A DNA stretch of 64,000 bases from Macrostomum hystrix (Eukaryota; Animalia; Platyhelminthes), in the NCBI GenBank assembly GCA_950097015.1, contig CATNEN010000003.1:7626001-7690000 (forward strand). The letters are read 5' to 3'. The position numbers were made by a program, and so were the translations under genes. The notes below the pieces were generated by a model. The model saw only the letters and a list, made by a program, of their open reading frames with translations, did no database searches and had not been told where the DNA came from. This document shows, piece by piece, positions 46,925-57,300 of this stretch (its first letter is position 1; every line of letters starts with the position of its first letter).

Positions 46925-47618
46925 TCCGCTGTCTACTCTTAATCTCAATCCGCTGTCTACTCTAATCTCAATCCGCTGTCTACTCTAATCTCAATCCGCT
47001 GTGTGCCCTAATCTCAATCCGTTGTCTACCCTAACCTCAATACGCTATCTACCCTAATCTCAATCCGCTGTCTACTCTAATCTCAATCCGCTGTCTACCC
47101 TAATCTCAATCCGCTGTCTACTCTAATCTCAATCCGCTGTCTACCCTAATCTCAATCCGCTGTCTACCCTAATCTCAATCCGCTGTCTACTCTAATCTCA
47201 ATCCGCTGTCTACTGTGATTTCAATCCGCTGTCTACTCTAATCTCAATCCGCTGTCTACTCTGATTTCAATCCGCTGTCGACTCTAATCTCAATCCGCTG
47301 TCTACCCTAACCTCAATCCGCTGTCTACTCTAATCTCAATCCGCTGTCTACCCTAACCTCAATACTCTGTCTACTCTGATTTCAATCCGCTGTCTACTCT
47401 GATCTCAATCCGCTGTCTACTCTGATTTCAATCCGCTGTCTACTCTAATCTCAATCCGCTGTCTACTCTGATTTCAATCCGCTGTCGACTCTAATCTCAA
47501 TCCGCTGTCTATTCTAATCTCAATCCGCTGTCTACCCTAACCTCAATACGCTATCTACCCTAATCTCAATCCGCTGTCTACTCTAATCTCAATCCGCTGT
47601 CTACTCTAATCTCAATCA
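46925..47618. repeat. 23-bp minisatellite (CTAATCTCAATCCGCTGTCTACT)
   Basis: Tandem repeat. Confidence 0.93.
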
Positions 47619-48224
47619 GTCTTTCTTTTTACGCGCCGTCTTACAGGCAAGTATTTTTCTTTCGTAGCTTCGTGCAATTAAAATGTAAATTATAGTTTAA
47701 TTACCACCGGAATTATTTCAAATCCAAAAGTCTATAAATCAATATGTTAATAAAGCTACTGAAAATAAAGAGACAAGATGTATTACTTACTTGTGAATGT
47801 CCATCTCCTAATCCTTTTCAAATTGCGTTTTGTTTAATTCTCTATTTGCTCAAGGTCAGACGGATCTGCCAGGAAATAATGCAAATATATAGATCGTTTC
47901 GTTAGAACAAAAAAAACTAGCCAGTTCTCCTTATGTTTTATTATCTAAATCCAGTCGAATTAGATTTTCAGGCATATCATATGCGTATATACAGAAGGAA
48001 CAGAAGGAGAGAGAGAAAGAGGAGGGAAATGGGATGTGGAGAAGAGGGCTTAAAGTTATCCCTGTCCCCGTCTCTCAATATTTCCTTACCCTGCGTCTCC
48101 ATCCAATCTCTTTTTTTGGTTCTCAACATCCTAGATACAAATCGGCATAGATTTCATTGTTATCTTTTCGTTTCTGAATAAAAATTGTCTTCTTCAAAAT
48201 TACTTGAATGCGGGAATCTAAAAA

Positions 48225-49212
48225 TGGGAATGTGTAACTTAGGGAATGTGTAACTTAGGGAATGTGTAACTTAGGGAATGTGTAACTTAGGGAATGTGTA
48301 ACTTAGGGAATGTGTAACTTAGGGAATGTGTAACTTAGGGAATGTGTAACTTAGGGAATGTGTAACTTAGGGAATGTGTAACTTAGGGAATGTGTAACTT
48401 AGGGAACGTGTAACTTAGGGAATGTGTAACTTAGGGAATGTGTAACTTAGGGAATGTGTAACTGTGAAATGTGGAACTGTGAATGCTGAATTCTCATCAA
48501 TCTCATGGTGGATGCTGAATTCTCATCAATCTCATGGTGGATGCTGAATTCTCATCAATCTCATGGTGGATGCTGAATTCTCATCAATCTCATGGTGGAT
48601 GCTGAATTCTCATCAATCTCATGGTGGATGCTGAATTCTCATCAATCTCATGGTGGATACTGAATTCTCATCAATCTCATGGTGGATGCTGAATTCTCAT
48701 CAATCTCATGGTGGATGCTGAATTCTCATCAATCTCATGGTGGATGCTGAATTCTCATCAATCTCATGGTGGATGCTGAATTCTCATCAATCTCATGGTG
48801 GATGCTGAATTCTCATCAATCTCATGGTAAATGCTGAATTCTCATCAATCTCATGGTAAATGCTGAATTCTCATCAATCTCATGGTGGATGCTGAATTCT
48901 CATCAATCTCATGGTGGATGCTGAATTCTCATCAATCTCATGGTGGATGCTGAATTCTCATCAATCTCATGGTGGATGCTGAATTCTCATCAATCTCATG
49001 GTGGATGCTGAATTCTCATCAATCTCATGGTGGATGCTGAATTCTCATCAATCTCATGGTGGATGCTGAATTCTCATCAATCTCATGGTGGATGCTGAAT
49101 TCTCATCAATCTCATGGTGGATGCTGAATTCTCATCAATCTCATGGTAAATGCTGAATTCTCATCAATCTCATGGTGGATGCTGAATTCTCATCAATCTC
49201 ATGGTGGATGCT
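48225..49212. repeat. Two abutting arrays: 16-bp (TTAGGGAATGTGTAAC, 48225-48470) and 29-bp (ATGCTGAATTCTCATCAATCTCATGGTGG, 48483-49212)
   Basis: Tandem repeats. Confidence 0.95.
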
Positions 49213-50462
49213 AATTAATTTAGCAATTCACAATCCGGTCAAGATATTAGTGTCAGTTAATCTATTTCAGCGAGTAAAACAGAATTTTCGATCAGGTGAT
49301 TAATATACAGCCTACAACTGGTGCGCTCGAATGAATTATATATTTTTGTCTTGTTTTCTCCTCACAATATCCTAATCCTAAATTGTTACAAAAAATCAAA
49401 TTATATATTAATTAACGCGAAGCCTGTTGATTATCTGGCCAGCCCAAGAAAAGACATGCGATTGTTGTCAAGCAAGTGTGAAATTATGCAGCTTTACGAG
49501 GAATGTGCTACCTACTCATATATGCTGCCTGTATATTATAGCCTACTATATAGCTTATTGTAGAACTAAACATGAGTAATTAGTGTACTGTGAGCCGATA
49601 CGGCAAAAAACTAGGATTATCCAACACCGACGAAGATACTAATTGCTTTTCCACCCTCTACGAGCAATATTTTTTTCGGGTCTTCTTTTACCCTTCATTT
49701 CTTCAAGTACCCTTGAAGGTTTGGCCAGGATTGGCCATTTTGGCAGCTAATTCACTTTTTTCTATCTTTCGAGAGAATGATATATGTATGTATTGTGTAT
49801 GTAGAGTCGGGGAATCATCAAGAGAGGACAGCGGAGAGTGAAAGTGAGAGGGCAGGGTGTCAACTGCTTCATACCGAGACGATCGACTGAAGGGAGGCTC
49901 TGAAGGGAGGCTCTGACATGAAGATCGTGAATGTTTGAGCGATATTTTCACGTCGACTCTTTCTCATATTTAGTTAGAAGGCGTACAGTGCTATGGGAGT
50001 CTTATTCTGTGATGCTAATTAAATCTTCTAGCTTGAGACGTGGGTTTTAAGCCTTTTAGATTTTCAGCACATCACCAGAACAAAATAAAATAGTTGTGTA
50101 TTTCCAGCAATGCGCACTATTGCTGGCGCTGGCACGTTTGCCATGTCTGCCAATTTAAGAAGTAATTTTCGAGAGCAAGAATAGAGCCACAAAATTGAAC
50201 AAATGCGAATTAGCATCCTAGTTTTAAGTGACAGTATGATCATGATCTCCGCACTTCTACGAGCGTAATTTCCAAGCAGCTACAAAATATTTCGTACTTA
50301 ATTAACGTATTAAAATATCATTTTACCCTCAAGAAACAATCAAAATCTTCTTGCCCTAATATGAATTCGAATAAATTCGTATTCCTTTTAACTCTAAAAA
50401 CTTTTAATTTCCGATCCATTTAAACTTAAATCAAAGTTTAGCCTACTCGCCTCAGAAAAGAC

Positions 50463-50523
50463 AATCTTCCAATCTTCCAATCTTCCAATCTTCCAAGCTT
50501 CCAAGCTTCCAATCTTCCAATCT
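50463..50523. repeat. (AATCTTCC)n 8-bp microsatellite
   Basis: About 7 copies. Confidence 0.85.
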
Positions 50524-51994
50524 CTGCAGTGTAAATTTAAACCCTTAAGTTTGAATTTAAGGCAATAGCTATGAACTTCGAGTTTTGCTTCCGCTGATCC
50601 TCGGGGATCCGGGCGGCCTCACAATAAGTGTCAAATTGCTGCCTAGTACTGTACTAGAACAAATAATATTTTTTACCTAGTTGTTGCAATCTAGTCTATA
50701 ACTTAAATATACATACAGCTAATAAGTGATGCTCGTCTAATCATAAAAAAATGTATACTAGTAAGTACAATAACAAACAAGTACACATACCACTAAAAAA
50801 GAACAAAAACAGCACTGTATGTACAGAGATTTTATAATTATAAACTTTTATTTTATCGTGCCCGTTTCAACAAAAATTCATTAAATAATTTACGCCATTA
50901 TCGAAATAGTGTTATTAGTATAACGGAGGACACAGTATATACAAAACAGAACAAAAGCAAACTCGCAGGAAAATTTTTGTTGCTATTGAATCGTTTCTTG
51001 TAAATAGATAAACTAGTTGCGCAAACTACTTCGACAACGTTGGGATTTTGACTTTGTGTTGTACATACTACAGTAGTGTTGCATCATGCACCCTGTATCT
51101 CTGACAGTGAAGTAAAAATAGCTAGTTATCTTTTGTTTGCAATTATGCGTATATTCTTTATTACTCTTACACGTAAGCTCAATCAACAAGTAGGGCCTAG
51201 TAAGTAACTGTAACATTAGGCCTACTGTAGCTACAGTAAGAATAGGCCTACTGTAGCTAGCTATGCTTTAGCTATGCTTTGTATTTTGCTTTAATAAGCC
51301 ACACACGAATCTAGCTGAAGAAATATTTGGCAGAGTTAAGTTGGTATAATAGGCCCTATACATTATTCATTATTTGTTAAGCCTAATGAGTCAATTAAAC
51401 ACAAATTTTGCCATGAAGAAATATTGGAATTTAAATGAACATTATAGTGTTTTGTTATTTGAATTTTTTTTGTGTCATATGGCCTATGGCTATATTTAGA
51501 TTTTTGTTAATTTGTTGTTTTTTTAATTCTTTTTATACACTATAAATATAGATTAGATTCAGTATATACTCAGCAATAGGCTTGGGTCTGTGTAATGGTT
51601 CAAAACTGCTGTCGGAAATGTTTCCTCCAGAACTCCTTCTTGTCATTTCCTTTGACTCTCCTCTTTTCTCTCTTGCTCACCAATTAGTTAATCAGTACTT
51701 TTTACTGCACTTAATTGTTTCGCTTTCTATTGTCTTTTTAGCCCATAGACTACGCATCCTGCCTGCCCCTTGTTAACTCAATCGTTGTCTATGTTTTTAA
51801 TTTCCCTGCTTGGTACAGTTCCCATTTTGTTGCTTCTAGTGTGCACTAAGCCCACTAGTTCTTCAGACCAAATGCTTTTCACTTTCTAAATACAAGTTAA
51901 ATACAAGCAAGGAAATTTTGTCCCAAGCGACAACTGCGTAACTGGCAAAAGAGATCAAATTTTCAGTCTAATCCACACACACATGATTTCAAAA

Positions 51995-52571
51995 ATGGTC
52001 TGGCAAATGACTAATGCTGAACGATGGCATGCTGTTGGAATGCTGGAAGTCTGTTTCCATCAGCAAAGTTGCTCGCAGATTTGGAAGATCGCGAGCAGCA
52101 ATTCGAAAACTGCTGACAAAGTCCCGTGAGACTGCACGTTTGGGCCGGCATCTCGCTACATTCAAGGACAGATATCGTTTTCCTGGACGCCAACGTGAAC
52201 GCTAATAGCTACGCAGATCTTCTGCAGACTCGGTTCCTACCGTTTGCCGATGCTGCAACTGCATTCTCCAGGATGATAACGTGCCGCAACACCAAGCCGA
52301 TGCTGTTGGTCAAGTGAAAGAGCAGCTACAGATCTGCACTCTGCGCTGGCTTTCCCGGTCCCGAGACATGAATCCAATTGAGCATGTCTGGGCCTTTCTA
52401 AAGCGCAGCATTCGAAAAAAGAATGCACCACAGAATGTTGCGGAGCTGTGTCACGCCATTGCAAATGCTTGGCAGCAACTTCCCTAGGACTTTCTGCGCC
52501 ACCTCATCTTGGGGATGCCCCGCAGATTCGCCGCTCTTCTGCGTGCGATCGGATCCCACACGCTGTATTAA
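51995..52571 (+). mobile_element. Tc1-like DD34E transposase pseudogene, internally deleted
   Basis: Fragments across frames: HTH-like ERWHAVGMLE/SISKVARRFGRSRAAIRKL, VWAGIS, QDDNVPQH...W.SRSRDMNPIEHVW (34 aa between D and E), and a C-terminal MPRRFAALLRAIGSHTLY*. There are frameshifts and an internal stop. A possible right TIR ends ...CATAACTATA near 52783; no left TIR was seen. Confidence 0.85.
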
Positions 52572-53013
52572 GCATGGCGATTCTAACTGCATATTGCATA
52601 AAAAACTTGTGATTTTGTGCGACTGGCGTTTATTATTGATTCAATCACTCTTCCCTGCTCGCGGCTTAGTTGCGTAACTCACGGGTTGAATTGTGAGCGA
52701 GAAGTTATCTCTGACTAGGCGCGATCGGGGTGCTGAGTGTAGGCATGAGAATAAAATGCTCTAATTATTTTTCACATAACTATACTTTTTTGCTATTGAA
52801 TTCGTCCAAACTGCAAAACCTTTCGTCCACTAAGGCTTTCTTAATGGGAGCTAAATTTAGATTATACCATAGAAAACTGTGTTCACGCAAAATGGTTCAT
52901 CCAGTTTGTAAAACATTTCGTCTAACAGCTAACAGCTAAACGGAGCGACTTTATTTGATATCACGAGATATTGAACAAAGCAAAAACATTGTGCCTCTTG
53001 TTAGAATGTAAGT

Positions 53014-53570
53014 TCAAAATGTCTTCATAGTCCAAACAGCGGCCGTAGTAAAATCCACAGTGTGATTGGTCCATTGCTGGCACTTCTCCTGTGTAATCAC
53101 GTGCAGTGCAGCTTCGACCTCTCTCTTCAAAATGTGCATCCGCCAGGCATGCAGAGTCAGGTTTGCAGCAGCAGCAGCAGCTTGCCGATTAGAGAGCTCG
53201 TGCTGAATAGCAGGAACTGACAGTGCCCTCTTCACTGATGCCTTCAGGGAAGACCCTGCGCGCTCAGTTGGGTTGAGATACGGAGAGTACGGTGGCAATT
53301 GATAGGTGCTGTGTTGCAGTGAAAGTCCAGGGACTTGAAGGTGAGCGCGGGCCCCATCAAAGATCGCCACCCACTCAGCCTCCACCAGGACATCCAGCTC
53401 TACTAAGAAGTTTGCAAAATTTTGAGCTCGAAAACCTCCTTCCACCAGCGCATAGTGAACAAGTCCCCATTGCGGAGATATGGCCAAGCACTTGAAGGTG
53501 AGCGCGGGCCCCATCAAAGATCGCCACCCACTCAGCCTCCACCAGGACATCCAGCTCTACTAAGAGCACC
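53014..53570 (-). mobile_element. IS630/Tc1-superfamily transposase 3' fragment (D-30-E spacing) with an internal ~76-bp duplication
   Basis: AISPQWGLVHY...GGFRAQNFANFL...IFDGARAH...LPPYSPYLNPTE...LKASVKR...ITQEKC..W. The 5' part is missing. Confidence 0.85.
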
Positions 53571-54336
53571 ACTGAGAGTATATTTTGCTAGTAGACAATT
53601 AGAATTAAGAAGATAGGGTAGAGCAGAGCAGATGCCTACAGTGACATTGTCACTGCAGGATACAGTTTTAGCACCTTCAGTATTGTCATCAGAAGGCAAA
53701 GGCAAAATTGGCATGTTGCTGGCATGAACTGCTAAGCACCAAATTGCTGCACAAAAAACACTTTCCTGATATCTGATTACAAATAGTTATAGTCACTGAT
53801 AATTAGTGATAATTACTGGTAATTAGGTTAGCAGGTGTCGCACTAGCAAAATCAACTGTATAGCACCACTCATTGTCCCTCTTTTTTAAACTATATTAAC
53901 AAATAGCTTCATTTTGTATTGATTCAAAGTAGAATTTTGTGCCACATACACAGCCTGTTGATACTTAAACCATGTTAAACCTCTCAGAGAAACTTAGCTT
54001 TGATGTTTGCCCAAATTAGCAAATGTAGTCATTATTATTTTAACACGCAAGCCATCTACGGGTGCTGATTATTTATTTATTTTTTTATCAGTTACTTTTA
54101 ATTATTTGACATACAATAGAAAGCATAGTTTTTTCATGGTTTATCATTGCTTTTGCTATAGCCAAAGTCCTATTCCAGCTAACCCTTGGTCTATTGATCA
54201 ATTTTTATATCTGACTTCAAATCAAATAAAAAGATAACTATTTCTGGTTATAACATCTACATTACAATAGAACAATTAAATTGTACATATTTTTATCATA
54301 TTTGACAAAAGCTTCCTGAAAAACATTGCAGCAATT

Positions 54337-57300
54337 ATGTCCACACAGTTGGTTCTAGGCAGAATTAAAGAAATCAGCTTCTACGACCTTCAGGTCAGCT
54401 TAGTCGAAGGCAGAACTGGCACTGTTAAAGTTTACAATGTTAGCAATAGGTACAAAGGCATGCTGGAGGCTGTTGTGCGTGGAGAACAGCCAAAGGTAAG
54501 ATCATGTGTATTTGAGAAACTGTTCTACCAAAAATTATATTTTAATATGTTTATATCCTATAAAAACTGAATCCCAATTTAGGACATGCCAGTGCTTACC
54601 GACATGTTTAGTGTTGGGCAGTATCTACCCTGTGTAATCATGTCCAGTTCTGATAAGAAGCTAGAGCTCAGCGCCAATCCGCGAGATGTCAACAAAGGCA
54701 TACCAATGCACCAGATTAACTCTAGAATGGTGAGTTTGCCAGTTTAATCTTATTTAAGGTGTCTGTTCTTCTTTAAACTGTCTGTTTGTTCTGCTTTGGT
54801 GTGTCTGTGTGTACTGCTTTTGGGTGTCTGTATGTACTGCTTTGGGGTGTCTGTATGTATTGCTTTGGGGTGTCTGTATGTACTGCTTTGGGGTGTCTGT
54901 ATGTACTGCTTTGGGGTGTCTGTATGTACTGCTTTGGGGTGTCTGTATGTACTGCTTTGGGGTGTCTGTATGTACTGCTTTGAGGTGTCTGTATGTACTG
55001 CTTTGGGGTGTCTGTATGTACTGCTTTGGGGTGTCTGTATGTACTGCTTTGGGGTGTCTGTATGTATTGCTTTGGGGTGTCTGTATGTACTGCTTTGGGG
55101 TGTCTGTATGTATTGCTTTGGGGTGTCTGTATGTATTGCTTTGGTGTGTCTGTGTGTACTGCTTTGGGGTGTCTGTATGTATTGCTTTGGGGTGTCTGTA
55201 TGTATTGCTTTGGGGTGTCTGTATGTACTGCTTTGGGGTGTCTGTATGTACTGCTTTGGGGTGTCTGTATGTACTGCTTTGAGGTGTCTGTATGTACTGC
55301 TTTGGGGTGTCTGTATGTACTGCTTTGGGGTGTCTGTATGTACTGCTTTGGGGTGTCTGTATGTACTGCTTTGGGGTGTCTGTATGTACTGCTTTGGGGT
55401 GTCTGTGTGTACTGCTTTGGGGTGTCTGTATGTACTGCTTTGGGGTGTCTGTGTGTACTGCTTTGGGGTGTCTGTATGTATTGCTTTGGGGTGTCTGTAT
55501 GTACTGCTTTGGGGTGTCTGTATGTATTGCTTTGGGGTGTCTGTGTGTACTGCTTTGGGGTGTCTGTATGTACTGCTTTGAGGTGTCTGTATGTACTGCT
55601 TTGGGGTGTCTGTATGTACTGCTTTGGGGTGTCTGTATGTACTGCTTTGGGGTGTCTGTATGCATTGCTTTGGGGTGTCTGTATGTATTGCTTTGGGGTG
55701 TCTGTATGTACTGCTTTGGGGTGTCTGTATGTACTGCTTTGGGGTGTCTGTATGTACTGCTTTGAGGTGTCTGTATGTATTGCTTTGGGGTGTCTGTGTG
55801 TACTGCTTTGGGGTGTCTGTGTGTACAGCTTTGAAGTGTTTGTCTATTCTTCTCTGTGGTGTGTATTTGCTTTGAAGTATATATCAGTTCTGCTTTGTGT
55901 GTCTGTCTGTAAAGACAGACTTTACTTTCTGTTGTTTCTGTAATTAAATATCTAAAAAATGTTATGAATTATTTTCCAGTTATTGTACGGAGCAATCGAC
56001 TCCATAGAGGATCACGGTTACACCATTGACTTGGGTGTTCCCGGACTTGTTGGCTTCCTGCCTAAATGCGAAACAACGGAATTTATTTCCAGGTAATTAA
56101 GTGACTGTCGATTTGTGTGTTGACTATTGATTAGATTAAAATTTGACAATAATAAGCAGATCAAATGACCGATCAGAGTAAAAAAAGGAAAGTTAATCGA
56201 TTGATTTTAAAAATTCAAATCATAGATTAATTGATTGATCTGATAAATTAAAAACATAGGTGAAATGATTGATCAGATCAATCCAAAGCGTAGGTTAATT
56301 GATTGATCATATCAATCGAAAGGGTAGGTTAAATGATTGATCAGATCAATCCAAAGCGTATGTTAATTGATTGATCAGATTAATCCAAAGCGTAGGTGAA
56401 ATGATTGATCAGATCAATCCAAAGCGTAGGTTAAATGATTGATCAGATCAGTTCAAAGGGTATGTTAATTGATTGATCAGATCAGTTCAAAGGGTATGTT
56501 AATTGATTGATCAGATCAGTTCAAAGGGTATGTTAATTGATTGATCAGATCAGTTCAAAGGGTATTTTAATTGATTGATCAGATCAGTTCAAAGGGTATT
56601 TTAATTGATTGATCAGATCAGTTCAAAGGGTATTTTAATTGATTGATCAGATCAGTTCAAAGGGTATGTTAATTGATTGATCAGATCAGTTCAAAGGGTA
56701 TGTTAATTGATTGATCAGATCAGTTCAAAGGGTATGTTAATTGATTGATCAGATCAGTTCAAAGGGTATGTTAATTGATTGATCAGATCAGTTCAAATGG
56801 TATTTTAATTGATTGATAATATCATTCCAAAGAGTAGCTCAATTGCTTGATCAGATCAACCTATTGGATAAGTTATTTGATTGATTAAGTCACTGTAAAC
56901 GTCTGGTAGCCTGACGAATTCATTGATAAAATCATTATGCTGGGCGGCTCTAATTGATTGATCTAATCATTTTATTCTAGGCTGGATAATAGATTTTTCC
57001 AATCAATCGATCAGATCATCTAAAAATATTTAACGCCAAAATTTGCAGATGCAACTCCGGTCGTCCACTGTGCATTGGCGCCCTAGTTCCAGTTCGTTTA
57101 TTGGACGACATCCCGGATGCTGCCACGAACTCTACCGGCGGTTCACTGTCTATCTCTGCCGCGTCAACCTCTATGAGCCTGTCTCTAGGCGAGACCCGCA
57201 TAGCCAAACTAACCTGCAATCCGGCCAGGCTAATGTCTAACGATCGGGCTTGGCCCGAGACTGTGCCGTGCAGCTTTGATTGTTTAATACCCGGCAACTG

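Noticed and set aside
52750-52785. Complete Tc1 element with paired TIRs
   Set aside because: Only a plausible right end was seen. No matching left TIR or TA target duplication could be found upstream.
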